Source: an uncultured Phycisphaerales bacterium (GTDB lineage Bacteria; Planctomycetota; Phycisphaerae; Tepidisphaerales; Tepidisphaeraceae). Taken from it: a DNA stretch of 64,000 nucleotides. Position 1 is the stretch's first letter, and every line of letters starts with the position of its first letter. The stretch is from positions 1,120,001 through 1,184,000 of the forward strand of contig CAVWLP010000003.1 in NCBI GenBank assembly GCA_963755915.1, read 5' to 3'. Position numbers and translations under genes: made by a program. Below the pieces are notes generated by a model. That model did not search any database, was not told the DNA's origin, and worked only from the letters and a program-made list of their open reading frames with translations. Positions 41,729 to 52,124 of this stretch are shown here, one piece after another.

Positions 41729-43225
41729 CTATCCCCGAGACTTAATGCGCAGCCCGCGCGGAACCACGCACCTCTCAAGTAATCCAAACCCCCCTTGAAC
41801 CAGTAGCGCCAGGATCGCGGCCGGCACCGCGCCCATAAGCAGCAGCCGGTTATCCGCCAGGCGTATTCCGGTCAGAATCGGTTGCCCATACCCGCCGGCG
41901 CCGATCAATGCCCCGATCGTCGCCGTCCCCACGTTGATGACCGCCGCGGTCTTGATCCCGGCAAGAATCGACGGCGACGCCAACGGCAGTTCAATTTTTC
42001 GCAGCCGCGCGCTCGGCGACAGCCCCAGCACGATCGCGCTTTCGCGCAGCCCCGGCGCGATTCCCGACAAGCCCGCATGCGTGTTCCGCACGATCGGCAA
42101 AAGCCCGTACAGAAACAGTGCGACAATGGCCGGCAATGTCCCAATCCCAAACAGCGGAATCATGAATACCAGCAGCGCCAGCGACGGGATCGTATAAATG
42201 ACCGCGACCACGGCCAGAATAACCTGGCCAGGCCTGGGAAATAGGAACGCAAGAACCCCAAGCGGAATCGCGACGATGATCGACGCCGTCAGCGACACCC
42301 CGACGAGCTGCAGGTGCTCGCACGTGCGCAGGAGCAGTTGCATGGTCATGCTTTGAACCCGCGGGTCGCTCTTCAACTGGAACCGGGACAGAAGGAATTG
42401 AGATGCAACCTCCGCCTCAGGCACCTTCTGCAGCTTGCTCAAAGCATTCATCCTGATCATTTGCGACGCGTCGATCGCGCCTTCAAGTCGCTCCACCGCT
42501 TTGACGACCGCCGGTGCGCGATTGAGCAGGTCCAGCCGATAGAGATAGACCGCGTCGTATGCCGTAAACACATGGCGGTCATCATCCAGCACGCGGAAGT
42601 GATAAAATTCAATCTCCGCATCGGTTGAGTACAGGTCGATGACGTCGATCGATCCTGACGCAGCGGCGCGATACGCCAGGTCGTGATCGAGCCCCGTCAC
42701 ATTCGTTTGCGGCAGGGCATAGGTCGTTTTCAGAATCGGCCACCCATCCTTGCGATTAAGAAACTCGTTGCTGAACCCGAAACGAAGTGAGGGGTGCTGG
42801 CGTAGATCGCTGATCGAGCGAAGATTCAATTGACCAGCCAGCGCCTCAGGAACACCCAGCGCGTACGTGTCATTAAACCCAAGCGGGCGAGTCATTCCGA
42901 TTCCGCGCTGACGCAGCGCCGATTCGATCGCCGCGGTATCCGCGGCCGTGCCGGGAATCAGCTCCTGAATGATCGTCCCGGTGTATTCCGGATAGATGTC
43001 GATATCCCCCGCCCGAAGCGCTTCCCACAGCACCCGCGTGCCGCCAAGCTGGCTGCGATGAATCGTTGGAACCCCCGCATTGTTGCCAAGCTGCGTGGCT
43101 AGCTCGCCAAGGATGACGCTCTCAGTAAAAACCTTTGACCCCACCCGCACGGTTTCAGCCGCAAACGCCGATGTTGCCATCAGGATCGTCGCGCAAAACA
43201 TGAACACTGTCTGGGAAGCCCTCAC
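41729..43225 (-). CDS. Osmoprotectant/betaine-type ABC transporter, fused substrate-binding + permease
   Basis: Signal peptide, VGSKVFTES.ILGE, DIYPEYTGT, YSTD; C-terminal TIPSLAL, LLPIVRNT, IGAGGYG. Confidence 0.9.
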   Translation of the reverse strand: MRASQTVFMFCATILMATSAFAAETVRVGSKVFTESVILGELATQLGNNAGVPTIHRSQLGGTRVLWEALRAGDIDIYPEYTGTIIQELIPGTAADTAAIESALRQRGIGMTRPLGFNDTYALGVPEALAGQLNLRSISDLRQHPSLRFGFSNEFLNRKDGWPILKTTYALPQTNVTGLDHDLAYRAAASGSIDVIDLYSTDAEIEFYHFRVLDDDRHVFTAYDAVYLYRLDLLNRAPAVVKAVERLEGAIDASQMIRMNALSKLQKVPEAEVASQFLLSRFQLKSDPRVQSMTMQLLLRTCEHLQLVGVSLTASIIVAIPLGVLAFLFPRPGQVILAVVAVIYTIPSLALLVFMIPLFGIGTLPAIVALFLYGLLPIVRNTHAGLSGIAPGLRESAIVLGLSPSARLRKIELPLASPSILAGIKTAAVINVGTATIGALIGAGGYGQPILTGIRLADNRLLLMGAVPAAILALLVQGGFGLLERCVVPRGLRIKSRG

Positions 43226-43959
43226 GGCTGCACCGCGGTCAATTGTTGCGCCCGCACAAACTGACGAACAAAATCATCAGCCGGGTTGTCCTGCAATTCG
43301 CTCATCGAGCCGGTTTGGACGACTCGACCATTTCGCAGAAGCACAAATCGGTCGGAAAAAAAGGCCGCCTCGGCCAAATCATGGGTGATTAAGAGGACGG
43401 TCTTGTGAAGCCGCGAAAATATCTTCGCCAGATCCTGCTGAAGTTCCGCCCGAACGATTGGGTCCAATGCCCCCAGCGGCTCGTCGAGCAACAAAACATC
43501 CGCGTCGAGCATAAGGGCTCGAACGAGTGCAACACGCTGTCGTTCGCCGCCGGACATTTCACCGGGATACCGTGCGAGAACCAGCGGCGACAATCGGACG
43601 AGTTCAAGCAACTCGTCAATGCGCGCTGCAATCTCGCTCTTGGACCAGCCAAGGTGCGCCGCCATCAACGACACATTGGAACGCCCGGTCAGGTGTGGAA
43701 AGAGGCCGCCGTCCTGAATGACGTAGCCGATGCGTTGCCTCAGTGCGCGGATTGACCCGCGGCTGATGTCCTCATCGCGGAAATAGACGACTCCCGCATC
43801 CGGTTTTACCAGCCCGGTGAGCAGTCCACACAGGGTCGATTTACCGCTGCCACTGGGGCCAATAAGCGCTGTGGTATTGCCGGCCGTTATTGTGAGGCTA
43901 ACACCATCCAGCACTTGTTCGCCGCCATACGACTTGGAAACTGAATCGATTCGGAACAT
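43222..43959 (-). CDS. ABC transporter ATP-binding protein (OpuBA/ProV-like)
   Basis: GPSGSGKST, IGYVIQDGGLFPH, MSGGERQR, LLDEP, ITHD. Confidence 0.93.
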   Translation of the reverse strand: MFRIDSVSKSYGGEQVLDGVSLTITAGNTTALIGPSGSGKSTLCGLLTGLVKPDAGVVYFRDEDISRGSIRALRQRIGYVIQDGGLFPHLTGRSNVSLMAAHLGWSKSEIAARIDELLELVRLSPLVLARYPGEMSGGERQRVALVRALMLDADVLLLDEPLGALDPIVRAELQQDLAKIFSRLHKTVLLITHDLAEAAFFSDRFVLLRNGRVVQTGSMSELQDNPADDFVRQFVRAQQLTAVQP

Positions 43960-44037
43960 GCGTGGGAGATTAGGCAAGGTTGCAAGGTTGCTAGATAGAG
44001 CTTACCACAAAAATAAGGCACCCCGGCAGCGCCGAAA

Positions 44038-44081
44038 TTGGACTTTAGTATCGAATCGTCCCTTTCAATACTTAGGTCCAA
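44038..44081. promoter_or_regulatory. Paired palindromic boxes in the ABC/egtB divergent intergenic region
   Basis: ttggactttagtat (44038-44051) and atacttaggtccaa (44068-44081); same motif at 28167, 33321, 33371 and 38586. Confidence 0.55.
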
Positions 44082-44137
44082 TAGCCTTCTCTCCTCGGAT
44101 GCCTAACCTCCTATCAACTCACATCGAAGGAGGTCCC

Positions 44138-45426
44138 ATGCGATCGCAACCGGTGAAGGCAGCAACATCGAGGCTGAATGCGAAATATCAAACCGTGCGA
44201 TCGGCGACCCGCTCTATTGCCGACAGTCTTTCCGCTGAAGACCAGATGATCCAGTCATGCCCGGAAGCCAGTCCGGTCAAATGGCATCAGGCGCATACAA
44301 CGTGGTTCTTTGAGACGTTCGTGCTGCGCGAGTTCCTCAAGGATTACGAACCCTTCCGCGATAAGTTCCGCTGGCTCTTCAACAGCTATTACAACTCGCT
44401 CGGCGATGAGATTGTCGAGAAAAAACTTCGCGCTTCGTTTTCCCGCCCTTCACTCGAGGAGGTCGTCGCGTTCCGGGCACACGTTGACAAGGCGATGGAA
44501 AGACTTCTCGCAAACCCGGTTGATGACGAACCGGCGCGGAGAATCGTTTTGGGTCTGAACCACGAGCAGCAGCACCAGGAGCTTGCCCTGACTGATATCA
44601 AGCATGCGTTCTTCTCGAATCCGCTCCATCCTTCGTTCGCCGCCGATCCCCTGTTGGGAGAAACGGATCTTCCCGCGGCTAAGCTCCAATGGCACTCCTT
44701 CAAGGGAGGGCTGATCGAAATTGGTTATCCACTTCAGACTGCGGATCCGCTGGACTTTTGCTTCGATAACGAAACTCCCCGGCACAAGGTGTATCTGCAA
44801 CCGTTTCAGATCGCCAACCGCCAAGTCACCTGCGGCGAATATCTGGAATTCATGGCGGATGGCGCATACGGACGCCCCGAATTCTGGCTCTCGGCCGGCT
44901 GGGAAACCGTGAAGACCAAAGGGTGGCAGGCGCCCCTCTATTGGCAACGCGATGCAAGTGACAAGACCGGCTGGCGCGTCTTCACGCTACGGGGCTGGAC
45001 GGGGCTCTCCACGCTGATTGATCTGCCGGTGTGTCACATCAGCTTGTTCGAAGCTGATGCATTCGCACGCTGGCGGGGCTGCCGACTTCCAATGGAAGCG
45101 GAATGGGAATGCGTCGCGAGCGAATCGCCGCCAAACGGAAATTTATTGGACACCGGAAGGCTGCACCCCGCAAAGGCGCGCGGCACGGGCATCCAGCAAC
45201 TCTTCGGCGACTGCTGGGAGTGGACGGCCAGCGCTTACACCGGTTATCCGGGATATAAACCTCTCCCCGGTGCTCTGGCGAATACAACGGCAAATTTATG
45301 TCCGGCCAGATGGTTCTCCGCGGAGGATCCTGCGTCACACCCGCGGATCACATCCGCGCTGCGTATCGAAACTTCTTTCAACCCGAAACCCGGTGGCAAT
45401 TCTCCGGCCTGCGTTTGGCAAAATAG
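44138..45426 (+). CDS. egtB: Ergothioneine sulfoxide synthase; 1-nt deletion near 45278
   Basis: [30 protein letters not shown] iron motif, [24 protein letters not shown] restored by adding one G. Confidence 0.92.
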
Positions 45427-45441
45427 GAAGGATTCACTCAC

Positions 45442-46440
45442 ATGGCTGCATACGCTCTCGGTCCCGACTTAAAACGCCCCGCCGCGCTCAGTGCGCGCGA
45501 CATGCTGATCCGCGAAGTCCATCGCGGCATGCGCGGGCGGCCCCGATCTCTTACCCCGTGGATGTTCTATGACGCCCGCGGCTCCCGCATCTTTGAATGT
45601 ATCACCCAGCTCCAGGAGTATTACCCGACACGCATGGAGCGCAACATCCTGACCAGCTTTTCCCACGACATCATTGCCGCCGCCTGCTGCAACCGATCAA
45701 AGGCCATGCGTCTCGTGGAGCTGGGCGCGGGCACTGCTTCGAAGACCACCCTCCTCCTCAATGCCGCCGCGAGATTACAAAATGAAGTGCTCTACGCACC
45801 AATCGATGTCTCGCCCGATGCCCTTGAGGTTGCGCGTGAAAAGATCGCAGCCTCCTCCCCGGAAGTGTGCGTCTCGCCGATTGTCGCCAACTATGTGACG
45901 GATCCGCCCCAGCTCGAATCCTACGAGGGGGTAACCCTGGGGTTATACATCGGTTCAAGCATCGGCAATTTCGAGGCCGAAGAGCGGCTGACCATCCTTC
46001 GCAATCTGAGAAGTCAGCTTCAAGCCGGCGATGCGCTCCTGCTCGGTGTCGACATGGTCAAAGACGAACCCACTCTGGTGGCTGCCTATGACGACAGCGA
46101 CGGGGTCACGGCAGAATTCAACCTGAACATCCTAAGTCGTCTCAATCGGGAGCTTGGCGCTGATTTTATTCCCGCGAACTTCCGTCATCGCATTGTCTGG
46201 AGTTCCGAGCGATCGCGCATCGAGATGCACCTGGAAAGCACCTGCGGCCAATGGGTACGCATTCCCGCCGCCGAGGTCGAGGTTTATTTCAAGAAACACG
46301 AAACCATCCATACCGAGAACAGTTACAAGTTCACCAGGGAGACCATCCAGGCTCTTCTCCGCGACGCCGGCTTTGAGGTTGAACATACCTGGAAAGACAG
46401 GCTCGGGTGGTACTCGGTTACGCTCGCGCGCACCCACTAA
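45442..46440 (+). CDS. egtD: L-histidine N-alpha-methyltransferase
   Basis: FYDARGS..F..I..L.EYYPTR, ELGAG...KT, GSSIGN, AYDDSDGVTAEFNLN, IHTENSYKF. Confidence 0.95.
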   Translation: MAAYALGPDLKRPAALSARDMLIREVHRGMRGRPRSLTPWMFYDARGSRIFECITQLQEYYPTRMERNILTSFSHDIIAAACCNRSKAMRLVELGAGTASKTTLLLNAAARLQNEVLYAPIDVSPDALEVAREKIAASSPEVCVSPIVANYVTDPPQLESYEGVTLGLYIGSSIGNFEAEERLTILRNLRSQLQAGDALLLGVDMVKDEPTLVAAYDDSDGVTAEFNLNILSRLNRELGADFIPANFRHRIVWSSERSRIEMHLESTCGQWVRIPAAEVEVYFKKHETIHTENSYKFTRETIQALLRDAGFEVEHTWKDRLGWYSVTLARTH

Positions 46441-46471
46441 AGAACTTTAGGAGAGCACCAGAGGAGAACAC

Positions 46472-46855
46472 ATGGAAACTCAGAACAACCGCATTGCCCT
46501 GGACCAGCACTGGGCGGCATCGGCATCGGGAGACCTGGAAACCGAACACCAGATCTACGACGACAACGTCCTCTGCGAATATCCCCAGTCGGGGGAAAAA
46601 ATCCGGGGCCGCAAAAACATCCAGGCTTTGCGCGGACACCATCCCGCAAAACCAAGCGGCTTCCAGATCCGCCGCATCGTCGGCATTAACGATCTGTGGG
46701 TCACCGAGTACGTCATCAATTACACAACCTCGGTTGTCCAGACCGTCAGCATCATGGAGTTCCAAAACGGCAAGGTGATCCATGAAACCCAATACTTTGC
46801 CGAACCCTTCCAAGCGCCCGCATGGCGTTCGCAATGGGTGGAGCAGGGCAAATAG
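46472..46855 (+). CDS. SnoaL/NTF2-like protein
   Basis: YPQSGEKIRGR.NI, VSIMEF.NGKV.HETQYF. Confidence 0.8.
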   Translation: METQNNRIALDQHWAASASGDLETEHQIYDDNVLCEYPQSGEKIRGRKNIQALRGHHPAKPSGFQIRRIVGINDLWVTEYVINYTTSVVQTVSIMEFQNGKVIHETQYFAEPFQAPAWRSQWVEQGK

Positions 46856-46870
46856 CGCAGGTGATCGCTT

Positions 46871-48252
46871 ATGGAACACTTTGACGCCATCGTCATCGGC
46901 TCGGGACAGGCGGGAACACCGCTCTCCATCGCCCTCGGCGAGGCCGGACGAAAAACCGCTCTCATCGAGAGCCAGCATTACGGCGGCACCTGCATCAATG
47001 TGGGTTGCACGCCCACAAAAACGATGGTCGCCAGCGCCCGCGTCGCATACCTCGCCCGGCGTGCCGCCGACTTTGGCATTCGATGCGGCCCGGTCAGCGT
47101 TGATTTGGCGCAAATCCGCCGGCGCAAGCAGGCCATTGTGGACGATTTCCGCGCGGGGTGCAGCGCCGCCTGAAAAATGCCCGGAACCTGGAGCTCATCG
47201 ACGGCGAAGGGCGCTTCACCGCTTCCAAGGTCGTCGAGGTAACGCTCACTGCCGGCGGCAATCGAACAATGACCGCGGACAACATTTTCATCAACACCGG
47301 CGATCGATCCGCACAACCCCGCATCGCCGGCCTCGATTCGGTGAAAACTCTCGACTCCACCTCCATCATGGAGCTGGAAGTGCTGCCGGAGCATCTGCTG
47401 GTTTTAGGGGGCGGCGATGTCGGCCTGGAATTCGGCCAGATGTTTCGCCGCTTCGGCAGTGCTGTCACCATCGTGGCCCGCCGCAACCAGCTCCTGGGTC
47501 GGGAAGACCCCGACGTTGCCGCCGAAGTTTCCAAGGTGCTGCAGACGGATGGCATTGAAATTCTGCTCGAAACCGAAGTGCTCGGCGTGCATTCCAGCGC
47601 TTCCGGCGTCGAATTACAGTTTCGCGGACCTGCTGGCGAGCGCACCGTTGCCGGGTCCCACCTCCTGGTCGCCATGGGACGCGTGCCGAACAGCGAGCAC
47701 CTGAACCTCCCCGCCACCGGCGTAAACGTCGACGCCCACGGATTCATTCCGGTAGACGATCGGCTTCAGACGAACATTCCCGGTGTGTACGCTTTGGGAG
47801 ACGTCAAAGGCGGCCCCGCCTTCACCCACATCTCCTACGACGATTATCGCATCATCCGCAACAACCTGCTTCGGGAGGGAAAGGCGTCGATAAAGGATCG
47901 GCTGGTTCCCTACACCGTCTTTATCGACCCACAGCTTGGCCGGATCGGTCTGACCGAGCAGGAGGCGCGGGCACAGGGCCGCGCGATCCGCGTCGCCAAG
48001 ATTCCGATGACCTGGGTTGCGCGGGCCATAGAAACCGCCGAGACCCGCGGGTTCATCAAGGCCGTCGTCGATGCCAACACCCGGCAGATCCTCGGCGCCG
48101 CCGTCCTGGGCATCGAAGGGGGTGAAATCATGTCGATGCTTGAAATCGCCATGATGGGCAACCTTCCCTATACCGCTCTGGAAGACGGCGTCTTCGCACA
48201 CCCCGCCCTCGCGGAGGGATTGAACACGCTCTTCATGAACATGGAAAAATGA
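46871..48252 (+). CDS. Pyridine nucleotide-disulfide oxidoreductase (MerA/RclA-like, no C-terminal Cys pair); frameshift near 47157
   Basis: [46 protein letters not shown]. Confidence 0.88.
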
Positions 48253-50023
48253 ATTCGCAGATGCCAAGGCTGTTGTCCGTCAACGTGGGTCGGCCCCGCG
48301 AAATCGCCTGGCGCGAAAAGACGGTTTGCACGTCTGTCTGGAAGGCGCCGGTGGTCGGACGGCGACTGGTGCGCCGGCTCAATATCGACGGCGACGCCCA
48401 GGGAGATCTGCACGGCCACGGCGGCGAACACCGCGCCGTCCTGGTTTACCAAATCGATTCCTACCACTACTGGCAACGCGAACTGAATCGAAACGATTTC
48501 ACCTTCGGACAATTCGGCGAAAACTTCACCGTCGATGGCCTGCCCGACAACGAAGTCTCCATCGGCGACCGCTTCCGCATCGGCGCAGCGGAGTTTGAAG
48601 TCACCCAGCCCCGCGTCACCTGCTACCGCGTTGGCATACGAATGAACGAGCCCCGGATGGCGGCTTTGCTGGTCGGCCATCATCGGCCGGGATTCTATCT
48701 CCGCGTCCTCAAGGAGGGAGATGTAGGGGCCGGCGACGAAATCGTGAAAATCGCCGACGGCCCCGAACGCCTTTCGGTCACCGCGTGCGATGCACTTCTC
48801 TATCTTCCCGGAGCAACCAGGGAAGACCTCGAGCGGGCTTTGCGCATCCCCGCCCTGAGCCCCGGATGGAAGTCTTCCTTTGAGGCGATTCTCCGGCAAA
48901 TGGCGCAGCCGGGCTCGAACACGGGGAATGCCGGATTAACTTCGTCCGAGCAGAGGGTCACAGCCGCCCCGGGGTTCCGGCCACTGAAGGTGGCGAGAAT
49001 CGATCGGGAGTGCAAGAGCATCGTCTCCATTGTGCTGGGGCCGGTAGACAGTCCCCCTCTGACCGTGCCATTGCCCGGGCAGTTCGTGGTGATACGGCTT
49101 CCCCGGGAAGCTGATGGGCCGCAGGTTTCGCGCAGCTATTCGCTTTCCGGTCCGCCGGATGCGGATCGTTATCGCCTCACCATTAAGCAGGAGCCGAACG
49201 GAGTTGTCGGCACGTTCGTGAGCACGCAGCTTCGCACCGGCGATCTCCTCGATGTCAGCGCACCCGCGGGGCGTTCATCCTCCAGCCGGGCGATCTCCCG
49301 GTGGTGCTGCTGAGCGCCGGCGTGGGTGTTACTCCGGTAATGGCCATGCTCCACGCGCTGGCAGCACAGGCGTCGCCGCGCCCGGTCTGGTGGATACAAG
49401 GAGCGCGCAGCGGTCTGGATCATCCCTTTGCGCAGGAAGTACGTGACCTCCTGATCAAGCTGCCTCACGCGCGGCGGTGTATTGCATATAGCCGGCCCGA
49501 AGCAACGGATCGGCCAGGCATCGACTTCGATAGCACCGGCCGGCTGAGCGTCGCAGTCCTCGAAAAACTGGGCGTGCCCCGCGAAGCGGATTTTTATCTC
49601 TGCGGCCCCGGCCCCTTCATGGACGAATTCACCACTGGCCTCAAGTCCTGGGGCGTGGCCCCAAATTCCATCCATACGGAGATCTTCGGTTCGGCCGGCG
49701 CCATTACGCCGGGTATTAACGATGCGCCGCGACGGATGCCGCACGCGCCTGTGGGATCGCCCGGCAATGGTCCAAAGATCTCCTTCGCACGTGCCGGTCT
49801 GACCGTCTCCTGGGAATCGAGATTTCAGAGCCTGCTGGAGTTGGCGGAGGCGTGCGATGTTCCGGTGCGGTTCGCCTGCCGGAGCGGGGTTTGCCATACC
49901 TGCGAATCGGGGTTGATTTCGGGGTCGGTGAAGTATGATCCCGATCCGCTGGAGCCGCCGGCGGCTGGGAACCTGTTGATCTGCTGCTCGCGACCCGAAG
50001 GGGACGTGGTAATCGACATCTAG
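48249..50023 (+). CDS. MOSC + 3-alpha + FAD/NAD reductase + 2Fe-2S ferredoxin fusion; frameshift near 49264
   Basis: HGGEHRA, FGENF, QPRVTCY (MOSC); RSYSL, AGVGVTP, CGP (reductase); CRSGVCHTC...CC (ferredoxin). Confidence 0.9.
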
Positions 50024-50095
50024 GTCTAGTAAGTCGAGGGGGGCACACGGATTAGGCGAAACTGAACAGAACTGAACAAAACTGAACACTTTTTG

Positions 50096-51618
50096 CAATA
50101 GTGTCCGGAACGCAGGCTCACAAATAACACGATCTTGCGCTTGCGCGAAGCAGCGTTTTGTGGTTCACTGCCGCCACGTGCACGCGGACCTTTGCCCAGC
50201 TTCTGGATTGCCCGCCAAGCCGGGACGAAAGCCGCGGCCGGCGGTGCGGGGGGAGGATTTGTTCGGCGGCAAGTACGTCGGTATTTTGCAGGATCATCTG
50301 GCCCGCCTGCGGGCGGCGCATCCCCACCCCAATCGCACGCTTTTTTATGACGATGTGACCCTTGCCTATCTGCTGGCGTTTTTCACGCCGGCGATTCGCA
50401 GCCTGCGGACGATGGAGGATTTCAGCCAGACCGAGCAGATGCAGGAGCAGCTTTCGGTCGATCGCCTGCCGCGTTCCACGCTTTCCGATGCCAACGCCCT
50501 GTTCGATCCGACGCTGCTGGAGCCGATCATCGAGGAGTTGCGGGCGCGGCTGCCGCACCTGCGTCACGGCGATCCGAAGCTGGCGGAGTTGACCGAGCGG
50601 GTACGGGTGGTGGATGGGTCGCTGTTCACCGTTGCCGCCGACGTGGCCTGGGCGCTGCATCAAAGTCGACCCAACGGAAAGCCCATGGACACGATTCGCC
50701 TGAATCTTCAATGGGCGGCGGGCGTGGGGGTTCCCGAGGGAGTGACGATCAGCGGCGCGGGATGCTCCGAGGCGCAGGCGCTGATGCAGTCCCTGGAGCC
50801 GGGACAGATTTACGTCATGGACCGCGGCTACGTCTGTTTCGAGCTGCTGGAGCGGATCGTACATGCCTGCAGCGATTTTGTGCTCCGGCTCAAGTCAAAC
50901 AACTATTTCATTCCCATCGAAAACAATGACTTGACCCCCAAGTCCCTGCCGCTGAGCGATGAAGACCGCGCTGCCGGCATTCTCAGCGACCGGATCGGAT
51001 ACCTGGGCTCAGAAGGGCCACGCTTTGCTCCTCCGGCGGGAAAATGGCTTCGGGAAGTGACGATCTTCGACCCGGACAAACCCGACAGGCCCCTGCGGCT
51101 GCTGACCAATCTTCTTAACATTCCCGCCCATGTCATCGGTCTGCTCTACCGCTGGCGATGGAAGATCGAGCTGTTTTTCCGCTGGCTGAAAGTGCACGCC
51201 CACTTCCGCCATCTCACCAGCCACAGCAAAAACGGCGTCACCACCGGGTTCTACATCGCGGTCATCGGGGTGCTGTTGATCTATCTGCACACGCAGCGTC
51301 CGGTGAGCAAATATGCCTACGCGATGCTGAGCCTGGTCGCCGCGGGAGGGGCCACGTTGCAAGAGATTATTCCCATCCTGCAGCGCCGAGAACGGGAATG
51401 CGAGCTGCAGCGTCAGCGTGTGGCACGGAAGAAGGCTGAAAAAATCGTCAAGTAAGTCACCGGGGGTTTTTGTTGTCCGGCCGCCGGTGAACGCCGCGGC
51501 ATGCGCTGCAGGAGCAGCGCTGAACCTTCCACGCCGTTGCCCATCGAGGCAACGCAGCCTTTCGAGTGAAAACCCGAAAAATCCCAGCTCTAAGACGCGG
51601 AAGTCCCGGACAATATTG
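50096..51618 (+). mobile_element. IS4-family insertion sequence
   Basis: IRs caatagtgtccgg / ccggacaatattg; 9-bp target duplication cactttttg at 50087-50095 and 51619-51627. Confidence 0.92.
50160..51455 (+). CDS. IS4-family DDE transposase
   Basis: RSTLSDAN, VVDGS, MDRGY, Y..RWKIELFFRWLK (YREK motif). Confidence 0.93.
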   Translation: MVHCRHVHADLCPASGLPAKPGRKPRPAVRGEDLFGGKYVGILQDHLARLRAAHPHPNRTLFYDDVTLAYLLAFFTPAIRSLRTMEDFSQTEQMQEQLSVDRLPRSTLSDANALFDPTLLEPIIEELRARLPHLRHGDPKLAELTERVRVVDGSLFTVAADVAWALHQSRPNGKPMDTIRLNLQWAAGVGVPEGVTISGAGCSEAQALMQSLEPGQIYVMDRGYVCFELLERIVHACSDFVLRLKSNNYFIPIENNDLTPKSLPLSDEDRAAGILSDRIGYLGSEGPRFAPPAGKWLREVTIFDPDKPDRPLRLLTNLLNIPAHVIGLLYRWRWKIELFFRWLKVHAHFRHLTSHSKNGVTTGFYIAVIGVLLIYLHTQRPVSKYAYAMLSLVAAGGATLQEIIPILQRRERECELQRQRVARKKAEKIVK

Positions 51619-52124
51619 CACTTTTTGGATTTTGATTAGTGAATGCTAGCTTTTGTCGCTGCGGTATGTATTGGTGGGGCAAATGGTTGTGCGCATTTCG
51701 GACTATAGCCGGTTTTGTCGCTCGAAAAAGTGTTCAGTTCTCAGGGAATTGGGGTTTAGGGCGGGGTTTCGTGTGGAATTCGTTGGCTACTTATGCGGTC
51801 TTTTGTGGTTTAAGGTTCCTGACACCTTTAGTTCCCCCAAATCCCAAGTTCTTTTAGTCGAGTTTCTAATCGCAGAAGGGTTGTCACACCCGGACCTTAC
51901 ACTAGGTGCAACCACCTGCATGTGAAGATTCACGCCTGCAGCCGGTAGATTTTTGTAGCTATCCATCTCTCATCACTCTAGGGTGATGATGTACGGCGAG
52001 GGCATTCAATTCAACCGTTGTATTGAATCAACAGTCAAAACCGGACTCCCCCACCTCTACGCGGTTTCACGTGGCGTTTGTCGATCGGATGAAGACCCAT
52101 TTTTTCCCAAAAAGGAAGTGTACT

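Larger units (their letters stand above)
50057..51833. repeat. Second (inverted) copy of the ~240-bp repeat, split by IS4
   Basis: actgaacaga/actgaacaaa/actgaacact tandem at 50061-50090; remainder at 51619-51833. Confidence 0.8.

Noticed and set aside
44138-45426. Selenoneine (senA) or ovothiol (ovoA) pathway
   Set aside because: No senB/selD-like neighbours, no fused methyltransferase domain, and egtD is adjacent.
46871-48252. Mercuric reductase merA
   Set aside because: No C-terminal Cys pair, no metal-binding N-terminal domain and no mer genes nearby; left as a MerA/RclA-like reductase.
50061-50090. CRISPR array in the short tandem repeats (also 7728, 26043, 38499, 41684, 58093)
   Set aside because: Units are 10-15 bp, contiguous, 2-3 copies, with no spacers and no cas genes.
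51895-51925. attR copy of the tRNA-Arg 3' end (aggtgca)
   Set aside because: Only about 7 bp match, expected by chance.
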